Shown: positions 9,609 through 19,992 of the stretch, piece after piece
How positions within the stretch are numbered: the stretch's first letter is position 1
Layout: each line of letters begins with the position of its first letter
IMG/VR virus record: IMGVR_UViG_3300042881_001544
Coordinates: 1-52,767 of that record
Strand: one strand, 5' to 3'
DNA: 52,767 bases
Source: a virus
Lineage: Duplodnaviria > Caudoviricetes
Made by a program: the position numbers and the translations under genes
The notes under the pieces: model-generated
Database searches by the model: none
Told to the model about the DNA's origin: nothing
The model's input: the letters and a program-made list of their open reading frames with translations, nothing else

Positions 9609-10113
9609 TATGCAAGAACTTGCTGAAATATCTGCGATTGATAAGGTTGAAGCCGACCTTGCAAACTATCCGCAAGTTGAATTGCCATTGGAGCATTTCT
9701 TCCCTCCGGGGCTTTATGTGCGAAAAATCTTTATGCCAGCAGGATCTATGGTTGTTTCTCTGAAACATAAAACAACTCACCCATTTTTTATTCTAAAGGG
9801 AAAGGTTGCCGTTCTTAAAGAAGACAACAAAGGTGGATTTGAGCAAGAAGCACTTTATGTAGGTGGTGACATGGGCATCACGAAACCCGAAACAAAAAGG
9901 TTTCTTTGGAATCTGGAAGATACGACATGGGTAACTTGTCATGCCAATGCGGAAAATATTGAAGATCCAGATGAGATAGTATTAAATATTACTGAAAGAA
10001 CCAATAATCCTTTGATTGATATTGAAGATCCTAGATTTAATTCTTGGAAAAAAGATGTCAGTCCTAGTTTGATTCACAAAACTAAAGAACTTGAATTGTC
10101 ATGCGCTTCGTAA
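9574..10113 (+). CDS. Cupin-like phage protein (start may be 9610)
   Basis: HFFPPGLYVRKIFMPAG..HKTTH..W.TCH motif typical of a cupin found upstream of ejection genes. Confidence 0.65.
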   Translation: MRGMTEQLGLIDMQELAEISAIDKVEADLANYPQVELPLEHFFPPGLYVRKIFMPAGSMVVSLKHKTTHPFFILKGKVAVLKEDNKGGFEQEALYVGGDMGITKPETKRFLWNLEDTTWVTCHANAENIEDPDEIVLNITERTNNPLIDIEDPRFNSWKKDVSPSLIHKTKELELSCAS

Positions 10114-11039
10114 CTCCATCACAAAATATTGCTGAATATAGGCATCAACAAATGCCTATTTATGAAACAATTGCCGCTGTTGGAGCAACTACAATTGTTG
10201 GCAGTCTTACTGTTGGTGGTCTTGCTGGAGCCGCCGCAACTGCTGGTGCTGGTGCATTAGCGGCATATGGAGTTAATCAAGCACTTGGTGCTGGCGGTGG
10301 TGGGGGAGGAGGTGGAGGGGGAATGCCTACATATCAACCATTTACTACTGAACAGCAAATGCAAAATGCTGGTAAGCTATTTCAGCAAGCTCAACAAGCT
10401 GGAATTGATTTTGCTAGGGCTGGAACTCAAGCGAATATCCGTAATCAAGATAGGGTTACTCCGGGGTCTAGCCAGCAAAGGCAACTTGCACAAAACCAGA
10501 TTAATCAATACATCCAAGGGCAAATCCCTCTTGATGTTCAGCAAAAAATCAATCGTCAAGTAGCGCAGAATCTTGGTGGTGGCTTTAATCTTTTCTCTGG
10601 AGGTGGGCAAGCTCCTCAAAACTTTGCTAGGAACATTGGTCAGACTAGCCTTGGTCTTTCCCAATTTGGATTGAGTGCCGCCCCGACATGGCAACAACTG
10701 GCAAATCAAATGGTTGTTTCTCCTTCTGTTGGAATGCAGGGACAGCTACAAGCACAGCAAACAGCCGCAGGATTGGGTATGCAAAACGCTGAAAACGCTT
10801 ACCAAAGTCAAGCAAATCAATTTGGGGCTAATCAAATTGCAAACCAGAACCAAGCTCAAATGATTATGCAGGGTGCAAATACTGGCATGGATCTTTATAA
10901 ATCATTGGGCAAATCTGGTTATCTTAATACAATTGCTCAAACAGGTGGAGGAATTCCTGCGGCAACTGGTTATAATGCTTACGCTCAATCTGGTGGGGCA
11001 GTATATCAACCGGGAACTCAAGTATATATACCGCAATAA
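10101..11039 (+). CDS. Ejection/internal virion protein
   Basis: G/A-rich hydrophobic N-terminus, Q/N-rich helices; gene position. Confidence 0.6.
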   Translation: MRFVTPSQNIAEYRHQQMPIYETIAAVGATTIVGSLTVGGLAGAAATAGAGALAAYGVNQALGAGGGGGGGGGGMPTYQPFTTEQQMQNAGKLFQQAQQAGIDFARAGTQANIRNQDRVTPGSSQQRQLAQNQINQYIQGQIPLDVQQKINRQVAQNLGGGFNLFSGGGQAPQNFARNIGQTSLGLSQFGLSAAPTWQQLANQMVVSPSVGMQGQLQAQQTAAGLGMQNAENAYQSQANQFGANQIANQNQAQMIMQGANTGMDLYKSLGKSGYLNTIAQTGGGIPAATGYNAYAQSGGAVYQPGTQVYIPQ

Positions 11040-11042
11040 TTT

Positions 11043-11915
11043 ATGGCTATCGGATACTACAATTTCTCGCCAATCCAGCAAGGCAACCAGCAAGTCATTA
11101 ATTCAATGGCTGGCCTTGGTCAGCAAATTTCTAGTGCTATTGAGACTCATGCGGCAACTGAATCCGCTAAAGCTATGTTGCCTATGTTGCAACAACAGTA
11201 TCAGGCTGGAATGCAAAAGATTTCTGATGGAGATCCTAATGGATTAGCTGACATTTATAATGCATCAATGACTGCATCGCAAAATCCGCTTTTGGCAGAA
11301 CCAGCAAATAAGGCTTTAGGCATTGCTCAATCCGCAAATATTAATGTTCAGCATATGATGCGAACCTTGGCATATCAGCAAGGAAGGGGAAGTGGTATTG
11401 CTAAACCAATGTCTATTGGTACGCAAATGTCTGCCATGAAAAACTTTACTGACATAGATACAAAGTTGCAAGAAAGGCAAAATGAAGCATTGCGTTTGGG
11501 AGATCAAACAACTTTTGACCAAATTGCACAAGAGAGGGAAAGTTTGCGTAACTCTATGACGCAAGCTCAATTAAGTGTTCCTGCACTTGGCGCAGAAGGA
11601 AAAGGCTTTAATACAGCAAGTCAATTACTTGCAACACAAAAAGCATTAAAGGCGGAAAAATTAAAAGGTTCTGAACATTGGTTAAGAAAAAGTCTAAATA
11701 CAGATCCCGAAAAAGTTAAGGAATTGGAGTCACGAATCCAGAAATTAAGAACTGGCGGTCTTCCTTCTATGCAGGGTAGCAATCAAGCAGGGTCACAAAT
11801 TCAGCAAGGAAATGCTACCTTTAATTCTAAAGAAGAAGTAGGAAATGCTTTTAAAGCTGGTCAAATTACCAAAGAACAGGCTATTCAATTGCTTAAATCA
11901 TTTCCTAACCAATGA
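11043..11915 (+). CDS. Ejection/internal virion protein
   Basis: Q/A/M-rich helical protein directly before the giant ORF. Confidence 0.55.
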   Translation: MAIGYYNFSPIQQGNQQVINSMAGLGQQISSAIETHAATESAKAMLPMLQQQYQAGMQKISDGDPNGLADIYNASMTASQNPLLAEPANKALGIAQSANINVQHMMRTLAYQQGRGSGIAKPMSIGTQMSAMKNFTDIDTKLQERQNEALRLGDQTTFDQIAQERESLRNSMTQAQLSVPALGAEGKGFNTASQLLATQKALKAEKLKGSEHWLRKSLNTDPEKVKELESRIQKLRTGGLPSMQGSNQAGSQIQQGNATFNSKEEVGNAFKAGQITKEQAIQLLKSFPNQ

Positions 11916-14900
11916 ACGAAGATGATGCGGTAACATTTTTAAACGAATTTGAAGGCGAGGATGATGATGAACAAGTCCAGCCAGAGTCAATGACTCCAGA
12001 TGAAGTAGGGCCGCAATACGTTCCGCAAGTTCGTGCATCTGGAATGAGTGATGATGAGGCATTGAAGTTTCTAGAATCATATTCTACAGACGCAAAAGCT
12101 CCTGCTAGGGCAAGTGCTTCTATCCCTGCAACACAACAGGGACAAGGGATGAGCGATGATCAGGCAATGGCGTTTTTAAGCTCCTATTCTCCAGAGCAAA
12201 CAGGCAAAACAATCAATCTGCCAGCAATGCCTTGGTATGAAAATCTTGCAAAATCAACTGCCGCACAAACTGCCGCATCATTTATACGGCAAGCAGAAGG
12301 CTTTGAAAGGGCTGGAGCCGCCCCTGTAACTGATCTTTCTAGGGTTAATGCACCATTTCAAAGGGCTGGAACATCTGAAGAAGTTACATCAACTTTTGAT
12401 AAATCCATTGCTGATCAAGAGGCATTATTAAGTAATTTGCAATCGGTTGCTGATAAAAAAGGATTTGTGTCTAGTGATTTAAAACGGCAAATGGATGCCG
12501 CTAAACAACAAATTGGCAATCTTCAGATTCAAAAACAACAAACACTAGAACGACCAGAATATAGTGAACAAGCCCAACAGGAATTGCTTCAAGAGAGGCA
12601 ACAAATGGGACAAGAGGCAACTCAATTGGAGCAAAAAGCTAAAGGAATGTTTCCTTACTTTGGAGTTAATGCTTCTGATGAATCTGTTTCAGCACAAATA
12701 GGAAGAGGAGTTGGAACATTTGCTGGCCTTGCTCCAGCAATGGTTACTGGGCCTTTGTCATTGCCAATTATGGCTACTCAAGGCGCAAGCCAAGCATATG
12801 CCGAGGGATACAACGCAAAGGCAGAAGAACTTAAAAAGCAGGGTGTAACTGATCAAGGTGAGATTGACAAAGAAGCCCATCAAGCAGGAAGTCAAGCCGC
12901 CGTAGGATCTGTTCCACAACTTGCGGCATATATGGTTGGTGGCGCATTAACAACCAAAGCTACTAGCGCATTACTCAAAGGTTCTTCTCCTATTGTAAAG
13001 GGTCTTGTCGGTGGAACTGCCGCCGCTGGTGTTAATCTTGCAACGTCTGGTGGATTAAGGGTGGCGCAAGGTGGGAGTTTTGCTCCAACTACTGAACAAT
13101 CGGTTCCAGATATTTTGTTTGGCGCAATTCATGGCGTGGGTTCATTTGCTCAAGCTAGGGCAGAAGCAAAAGCCAAGATTGATGCTTCTATTGGTGGGTC
13201 AGAACCAAAGGTAAAGCCTTCTGAAAACTCCGTGGTGAATAAACGTGAAGCGCAAATCCTTGCTGGTGCTGACGCTCAAGCTGAAGTTCCAAAAACTCCA
13301 GATCAAATGAAGGTGGATGCCCAATGGGCAGTCCTCAAAAAACAAGCGGCTGAAGTTGCCAATCAGCTTGGTGAATTGCCAGAAAATCATCCAGATCGCC
13401 CCGCCTTGAGGGAAAGAGCCGCAAAGATTGCACAGCAGATAGCAGACTTGAGGGATGGAAAACCTATTGACATTGAGGTTCCCCCCGTTGAAGGTGATGA
13501 ACGATTCAAGCCAAAGCCTGATGAAACCACAACCAAAGACCAAGAGCAAAAAACAAGTGGGGTATCTTCTGTCGAAGGTGTCACCGCTGAAGGCAAGCCA
13601 AAAGCAAAAGCTGAAGAAGGAACTGCACAACCACAAGGTGAAGGTGCGGAAGTAAAAGGAGAAGAAGGTGAAAAACAGCAAACGACCGAAGCTGGATTGC
13701 GTGAAGCGTATCCAAATACGGCTTTCTTTGACGAAGCAAACGAGGCAATACAACGACTCAATCAGGAAGATGCACGAAAGAATAAGCGGACGAGGTTTGC
13801 CGCCCCCAGTTTACGGGATCTATTGCAGTTAAAGGACAACCCTGCATACAAACTTGCAGACAAACTAGCTGGAATATTTGGGAAAAAAATTGTTCTCTAT
13901 AAAGGGGAAGTTGGCACAAAAATTAACGGAGCAACAGGAGTAGATCCTGCGCTAAAGAACTATATCTTTCTCAAGATTGATGGTGCTAGACCGCATTTGT
14001 TTACTGCTGGTCACGAATTGTGGCATCACATTGAACTTTATTCCCCTGTATTGGCTACAGACTTACGCAATAAGATTAAGCCTCTAATCAAGAATTGGAA
14101 CAAACTTAACAAAAGATATAGCGAAGCAGGATACGATTCTAGCCGTTACTTTGATGAACACATTGGCGACTTCCTTGGGGATGCCATGCAAGACCCGAAG
14201 TTCTGGAATGACCTTGCCAAGAAGAACCCCAAGTCATTTAAGGAACTTGCTACCCAAACTGTTGATTGGCTGAATAAACTCCTTTACCAACTCAAAGATT
14301 GGAAGATGGGTGGTGAGTTTACTAGGGATATTGAGAAAGCAAGGAATATGCTTGCTGATGGTCTTAACAACTTTGCAGAAGGAAAGGATGAGCCTGTCCC
14401 TACCCGCAAAAAAGGCAAAGCTAAAACTCCTGCACCAAAGGCAGAAACTCCAGAAGGAGAATTAAAAGTCACTATAAAACGAGATAAGGATTTTTCATTC
14501 AATGGCGAATACAACGTAACCATTGGAGATAGAAAATTTAAAATCTTCAGAGATTCCGAAACTGGATACTGGCGAGATGCGGAAAAGATTGGTTCAAAAT
14601 ATGGTTTTTTTGAAGGAATTCTTTCTACCGAAAACAGGGCAGAAGCTATTGAAAAGCTAAAAAAAATTGTTGCTTCTGAAGAAGGCGAAGGCCCGATGTT
14701 CCAACAGGAAGCTGAAGAACAAAAAACCAAAGATTTCTATTCTCAACTTCAGCGCACGATTGAGGAAAAGATGCCCAACAAGGCATCTGTTTTGCAGATT
14801 AAATCCATCATTGACCCTGCCAAGGGAAGTGGTGTAAAGCCAGACGAACTCAAGTGGAGCAACATTGATGGCTTCCTAGAGGGCAAGCAAAGCGTCACCA

Positions 14901-17900
14901 AGCAGGAGGTTCTGGACTACTTACGCAACGAGGGATCGGTAAAATTTGAGGAGGTTCGCCTTGGAGCAAGACCTGATGAGGTTCTTTCTGATGCCGATAA
15001 GGAAAGGCTTGCATATCTTGAAAAGGAAAATGCCAAAGCTCCCCTTGGTGCTATTGATGATCGTCTTGGAAGCGGAACATTCCAAGAGTTGATGAAGCTC
15101 CAAAATATCCGTGATAAGAGTACGGCTGAAACGCTGTATGCAAAGCAGGAGGAATTTGAAAGGCAAGCAAGACAAGCACAGCGAGTTGGAAATCAGACTA
15201 GAGCAAATTCTTTGTGGAAAGAAGCTAACCACATGACTGCCCGTGTTGAGGCATTAGAGATTAACAATGCTGGTATTGAGAACCGACCAAAGTATGAGCA
15301 ATATGTTCTGCCCAACGGCGAGAACTACAGGGAGGTTGTGCTGACGATGCCGGGATCGGATTCCCTTAATCTCAAGGCTGGGATGGAGGCTCGCCAGATG
15401 GATGATGGAACATGGAACATCTGGGACAAAAACGGGTGGGTATATCGTGAGGGATCAGCAACCAAAGATGCCCTTCTTGGGAAAGCATCACAGGATGAAA
15501 TGCTGGCAAAACCCAATCAGGAAACATATCGCTCCTCCCACTTCCGAGAAATCCCCAACTATGTAGCCCACATGAGGCTAGACGAAAGAAAGGATGCCTC
15601 TGGTAAGGATGGTCTCTTTATTGAGGAGATCCAATCTGACAGGCATCAGCAGGGGCGAGAGAAGGGGTATATTGGTGAAGGCGAAACTTCCGATGCGGTA
15701 AAACAAGCCCCGTTTCTTGAAAACAAAATCCCAGACGCACCCTTCCGCAAGGATTGGTCAGTCCAGATGTTTAAACGTGCCTTGCGTGATGCCATTGCAA
15801 GCGGCAAGGAATGGATCGGCTGGACTAAAGGAGATACTCAAGCTGAACGCTATGACTTGAGCAAGCAAGTTGATTCAATTGAAGTAATTAAATCTGGTGA
15901 TAATAAATATCATGTTACGGCATACAAGAATGACAAGGATGTAGTAAACGATCCCAATGTATCGCAAGACAAATTGCCAGATATGATTGGAAAAGAATTG
16001 GCAAATAAAGCTATTGATCAGATCAATTCTTCCAAAGATCCAGAAATGGAATTAGCTAATTTTTCAGGCGTTGACCTCAAAGTAGGTGGCGAAGGCATGA
16101 AAGGCTTCTACGACCAGATCCTTCCCAAAGAGATTGGCAAGTATGTCAAGAAGTGGGGGGCAAAAGTTGAGGAGGGTGCTGTTTTAGAAAGAAAAGCAGG
16201 ATCTACATGGATGGCTGAATATCCAGATGGAAGAAGGGGTACTGTTTATACAGAAGAAGGTGCTGAAATGGCAAGAGAACGAGGTGCAAAAGTTACACCT
16301 ACTGAAACCAAAGAAACACCAATCTGGAAAGTTGCCATCACTCCAGAGATGCGTGAGAGTGTTGCTAAAGAAGGTCAGCCCATGTTCCAGCAGGACAGGC
16401 CAGAGTTAGATGCTGGAGATAAAGATACTGGTGCATACCACTATGGTGATCTTGGTATTGCTGATGATACTAAATATTCAAGAATGTCTGCCAGTAGAGG
16501 TACTGGTCATTTTGGAACAGGTACTTATTTCCTTGGAGAAAAAAGTGCTGGAGGAAAATACGGAGGGAGATCAGATAGGCCAATTGTTAATGTCAATCTT
16601 GAGGGTTTGAATCTGGCTAAACCCAAAGACCCAATGCGATTGCATGATGCATTGAAGTTGGTTAACAAAATGGTTTACAGAGAAGAGAAACCTCAATTTT
16701 CTGAAGAAAGATTTGATGGGAATAGGGCATTGTTCGGTTTGAATTATGAACTTGGGTTTTCTAAACACTCAAAAGAAGAAATTCAAAAGGCAATAGAAGA
16801 TACATACAATGAGTTTGCATCGGGTGAAAACGATGGATTCAGATCACCTTCTACTGTGGTGATGCAGAAACTTGGATATGACGGAATTGATGTGAGAGGA
16901 ACAAAAGCAGACAATACCGATTACGGAAGCGTAGTTTATCCGAAACAAGAAACTCCTATGTTCCAGCAGGATCGCCCTACGGAACAAAAGGCATCCAAAG
17001 AGCGTGAGAAGGTTATGTTGCAAGCGACTCCTGTGGTTAAGAAAACCCGCAACACAATTGTAAATACCTTCAAGCGCAAACCAGCAAAAGAATCTATCGC
17101 ATACATGAGAGACGCTGGTGATAATGCCGCCAACATTGTTGCTAAACAACAAAGCAATGAGATTGCAAATGACTTGAAGCGTGAGTTTAACAAGCAAAAA
17201 GATCAAGCCGCAGAAGCATTGTCTTTTGTAATTGAAGCAAAGGGAGATCCTGCTGAATTAGCAAACATGAAGCAGAAGATTGAAAACTCTCCTGATGCTT
17301 CTCCTGCATGGCAGAAAAAATCCCTTGCCGCAATTGACTTTGCACAAAAGAACTTCTCTCGTTTTGATCCTATGGTTCAGAAGTATGAGCAGATTGGTCT
17401 TCAGCAAGTAGTTGAAGAAAATGCCAATGGCATAGATACCCCTGTGCGTGAAGGATATGTTCCTCATTATCAAGACTTGGAGGAGCAAGAACTATTTGGT
17501 GGAGCAGGAACAGCGTCAGCAACAGGGTTCCGAAAGATGCGTACCTACGATACGTTTGCTGACTCTATTGCCAATGGGGTAGATCCAAAAAGCATTAATG
17601 CTGTTGACCTTCTCCAAAAGCGTCTTTCCTCTGGTCAGAAGTCAATCAACTATCGTTCATGGATTGATTCCCTTAAAGCAACAATTGACCCTGTATCTGG
17701 TGATCCAATTGCTACAAAAATTTCCATTGTAAAGCGTCCAGATGGTTCTAGTTACACGCAAATTCCTAGAGGCTACAAAGTAGAAACGCTTGCTGGACAA
17801 TCAGTTGCTATTAAAAATGGATATGAAGGTATTCTTTCTGCCCTTAACGATCCTTCTGCTTGGAGGGGAAAAGGGGGTCAAATAATTCAAAAGATTGGCG

Positions 17901-19411
17901 GCACAGGGAAGGCAATTACTCTTGGATTGGATACCTATCACTTGGGTCGTATTGCAATATGGCAATCTTTAATTAAGTCGTTAGGAATAAAAACATTTCA
18001 ACTGCCATTTCCTTCTTACAAAAAAGGTGTAACGCTTTTGGATCAGTCTATTCCAGAATTGCAAAAGATGATTGCCAATGGAGAGATACCCAAGGCATGG
18101 GCAAAAGGTCTCATGGAAAACAAGAGGCTTCTTAATCTTTCCGTTAAGACAGGATATAATATTGGTGGAATTTCTGATGCACTTCACCAAGATTGGGTGC
18201 ATAAAATTCCTGCAATTGGTTCTTTTAATTCTTGGCTTTTTAATCAGTTCCAACGTGGGGCAATGGCAGAAACTTGGTTGCTTGAGTTCCAACGCTATCG
18301 GAGTGCATATCCAGAGCTTTCAGAAACAGATGTTGCTCGTAAAGTTTCCAAGGATCTTAATACCCGATTCGGAAACCTTGGAAGGCAGGGCATATTAAAG
18401 AGCAAAACTATGCAGGATACTGCTAGGTTCCTTTTCCTTGCACCCCAATGGAACGAGGGTCTTATTAGAACTGAACTTGGTGCTATGGGGCAAACAGGAA
18501 AAGCATTAGTAGATGCGGCTACTGGCAAGCGGTTCTTTGCTGGCATTCTTGCACGTTCTGTTGGAGGGATGGTGGTAGCTCAATTCATTGCCAATCAATT
18601 AATCAATTACGGGACAAGAGGAATTCCTACTTGGGAAAATCCAGAAGAAGGATTTGGTGAAAAAATAAGTGCTTGGATTCCTGATTTTTGGGGAGGGCCG
18701 GGATTTTTCTTAAATCCTATGTCTCTTGCTATGGAGACAACTAATTTATTAATGAAGGGATATGAAAGGACTGGCGATGCGGTGGATACTGCAATGAATT
18801 ATTTCCGTAGTCGCTCCTCTGTTCCAATGCGTCCTGTTTGGGATGCCGTCACTAATAAAGATGTATTAGGAACCTATTATGCCCCCGGTGAGAAATGGAA
18901 GGGTATGCTCAAAGATTCCATTCCAATGCCCATTGCTGGAGGAGCAATATATTCAGCGGCAAAAGAAGGAATTACTGGAGAAGCCAATCAACAATTTGCT
19001 GGTCAATATCAGAAGCAGTTGTTCTCTACCTTTGGTGTTAAGCTAGAACAAGCCCCAAGTGATGAATCTCGTTTGTTTACTCTGGCCCATCATTACAAAC
19101 TTGAAAATGATATTCCAGATCGTACTGCTGGATATAGCTATCCCTACAAAGAACTTAATCACGCTTTGATGATTGGCAATGTTACCAATGCAAGAAAGGC
19201 TATGACGGAACTTTTGAAAACAAAGCCTGTTAACGAAATCAAAGAGTATTATAAAAAATACCCAACTATGAAGTTGCTTCAAAGCAATGCTCAAATGAAA
19301 GAGTTTATGGATACGCTTACTGACGAACAAAGAGAAACATATGATAGGGCTAAAGATAAAAGGAAAGAAACATCTCAAGCCGCATTGGAAATCCTAGCAG
19401 ACGTTCAATAA
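11912..19411 (+). CDS. Giant internal virion (ejection) polyvalent protein, 2499 aa
   Basis: HELWH zincin motif; NYREVVL/SSHF/LFIEEIQSD domain; ART-like YH..GTYF..GYDGI domain; helical C-terminus. Confidence 0.75.
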   Translation: MNEDDAVTFLNEFEGEDDDEQVQPESMTPDEVGPQYVPQVRASGMSDDEALKFLESYSTDAKAPARASASIPATQQGQGMSDDQAMAFLSSYSPEQTGKTINLPAMPWYENLAKSTAAQTAASFIRQAEGFERAGAAPVTDLSRVNAPFQRAGTSEEVTSTFDKSIADQEALLSNLQSVADKKGFVSSDLKRQMDAAKQQIGNLQIQKQQTLERPEYSEQAQQELLQERQQMGQEATQLEQKAKGMFPYFGVNASDESVSAQIGRGVGTFAGLAPAMVTGPLSLPIMATQGASQAYAEGYNAKAEELKKQGVTDQGEIDKEAHQAGSQAAVGSVPQLAAYMVGGALTTKATSALLKGSSPIVKGLVGGTAAAGVNLATSGGLRVAQGGSFAPTTEQSVPDILFGAIHGVGSFAQARAEAKAKIDASIGGSEPKVKPSENSVVNKREAQILAGADAQAEVPKTPDQMKVDAQWAVLKKQAAEVANQLGELPENHPDRPALRERAAKIAQQIADLRDGKPIDIEVPPVEGDERFKPKPDETTTKDQEQKTSGVSSVEGVTAEGKPKAKAEEGTAQPQGEGAEVKGEEGEKQQTTEAGLREAYPNTAFFDEANEAIQRLNQEDARKNKRTRFAAPSLRDLLQLKDNPAYKLADKLAGIFGKKIVLYKGEVGTKINGATGVDPALKNYIFLKIDGARPHLFTAGHELWHHIELYSPVLATDLRNKIKPLIKNWNKLNKRYSEAGYDSSRYFDEHIGDFLGDAMQDPKFWNDLAKKNPKSFKELATQTVDWLNKLLYQLKDWKMGGEFTRDIEKARNMLADGLNNFAEGKDEPVPTRKKGKAKTPAPKAETPEGELKVTIKRDKDFSFNGEYNVTIGDRKFKIFRDSETGYWRDAEKIGSKYGFFEGILSTENRAEAIEKLKKIVASEEGEGPMFQQEAEEQKTKDFYSQLQRTIEEKMPNKASVLQIKSIIDPAKGSGVKPDELKWSNIDGFLEGKQSVTKQEVLDYLRNEGSVKFEEVRLGARPDEVLSDADKERLAYLEKENAKAPLGAIDDRLGSGTFQELMKLQNIRDKSTAETLYAKQEEFERQARQAQRVGNQTRANSLWKEANHMTARVEALEINNAGIENRPKYEQYVLPNGENYREVVLTMPGSDSLNLKAGMEARQMDDGTWNIWDKNGWVYREGSATKDALLGKASQDEMLAKPNQETYRSSHFREIPNYVAHMRLDERKDASGKDGLFIEEIQSDRHQQGREKGYIGEGETSDAVKQAPFLENKIPDAPFRKDWSVQMFKRALRDAIASGKEWIGWTKGDTQAERYDLSKQVDSIEVIKSGDNKYHVTAYKNDKDVVNDPNVSQDKLPDMIGKELANKAIDQINSSKDPEMELANFSGVDLKVGGEGMKGFYDQILPKEIGKYVKKWGAKVEEGAVLERKAGSTWMAEYPDGRRGTVYTEEGAEMARERGAKVTPTETKETPIWKVAITPEMRESVAKEGQPMFQQDRPELDAGDKDTGAYHYGDLGIADDTKYSRMSASRGTGHFGTGTYFLGEKSAGGKYGGRSDRPIVNVNLEGLNLAKPKDPMRLHDALKLVNKMVYREEKPQFSEERFDGNRALFGLNYELGFSKHSKEEIQKAIEDTYNEFASGENDGFRSPSTVVMQKLGYDGIDVRGTKADNTDYGSVVYPKQETPMFQQDRPTEQKASKEREKVMLQATPVVKKTRNTIVNTFKRKPAKESIAYMRDAGDNAANIVAKQQSNEIANDLKREFNKQKDQAAEALSFVIEAKGDPAELANMKQKIENSPDASPAWQKKSLAAIDFAQKNFSRFDPMVQKYEQIGLQQVVEENANGIDTPVREGYVPHYQDLEEQELFGGAGTASATGFRKMRTYDTFADSIANGVDPKSINAVDLLQKRLSSGQKSINYRSWIDSLKATIDPVSGDPIATKISIVKRPDGSSYTQIPRGYKVETLAGQSVAIKNGYEGILSALNDPSAWRGKGGQIIQKIGGTGKAITLGLDTYHLGRIAIWQSLIKSLGIKTFQLPFPSYKKGVTLLDQSIPELQKMIANGEIPKAWAKGLMENKRLLNLSVKTGYNIGGISDALHQDWVHKIPAIGSFNSWLFNQFQRGAMAETWLLEFQRYRSAYPELSETDVARKVSKDLNTRFGNLGRQGILKSKTMQDTARFLFLAPQWNEGLIRTELGAMGQTGKALVDAATGKRFFAGILARSVGGMVVAQFIANQLINYGTRGIPTWENPEEGFGEKISAWIPDFWGGPGFFLNPMSLAMETTNLLMKGYERTGDAVDTAMNYFRSRSSVPMRPVWDAVTNKDVLGTYYAPGEKWKGMLKDSIPMPIAGGAIYSAAKEGITGEANQQFAGQYQKQLFSTFGVKLEQAPSDESRLFTLAHHYKLENDIPDRTAGYSYPYKELNHALMIGNVTNARKAMTELLKTKPVNEIKEYYKKYPTMKLLQSNAQMKEFMDTLTDEQRETYDRAKDKRKETSQAALEILADVQ

Positions 19412-19433
19412 TTCGCTTGCCTTCTATCCCAAA

Positions 19434-19820
19434 ATGGGATTGATTAAAGGCTTAATCAACCACGCTATGTCTAAATACAAACTACCTACTGCGTTTGCCG
19501 TCCACTTTGAGGATGACCCTGTTCTCAAGCAACTCAAGGAAGATGGAGAAGAAAACAACCGCCCAATGGTGAGTCTGTTTCAAGCCGCAACCGCTTACTT
19601 GCTTGATTCACGCCGCTATCTATTCATTGAACTTGGAAGGTACATTCAAAAATATGGTCAACTTCCCCCACTAGAAGAATATGCAAACGATCCAGCAACC
19701 ACAGAAGCAGAAGAGGAAGTACCAAAGAAAGAAGGATTTGAACTTAAAGTCCTCCCCCCTGCCACAGAGCAACCAAGAGTTAAATTCACCAAGACCTATG
19801 GAGACGAATCCCAAAGTTGA
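19434..19820 (+). CDS. Hypothetical protein
   Basis: ORF track; start may be the internal MSKYKL. Confidence 0.55.
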   Translation: MGLIKGLINHAMSKYKLPTAFAVHFEDDPVLKQLKEDGEENNRPMVSLFQAATAYLLDSRRYLFIELGRYIQKYGQLPPLEEYANDPATTEAEEEVPKKEGFELKVLPPATEQPRVKFTKTYGDESQS

Positions 19821-19992
19821 GGCATGGTGTGCCATCCTTAATGGGTTTGCGGCAAGCGGTGAACTTTCTCCAGAAACTTTAGGGGAAAAAGGTGGCGACA
19901 TTCGTGTTCGCACCCTAGCAGTTCACGCCGCAAATCTTGTTAAACATTTCCATTCCGAATTTGTGAAGGCGAATGGCGAAAACATTCCTTAA
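19798..19992 (+). CDS. Hypothetical protein (METNPK...)
   Basis: Internal ATG of track ORF 19681-19992; overlaps both neighbours. Confidence 0.5.
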   Translation: METNPKVEAWCAILNGFAASGELSPETLGEKGGDIRVRTLAVHAANLVKHFHSEFVKANGENIP

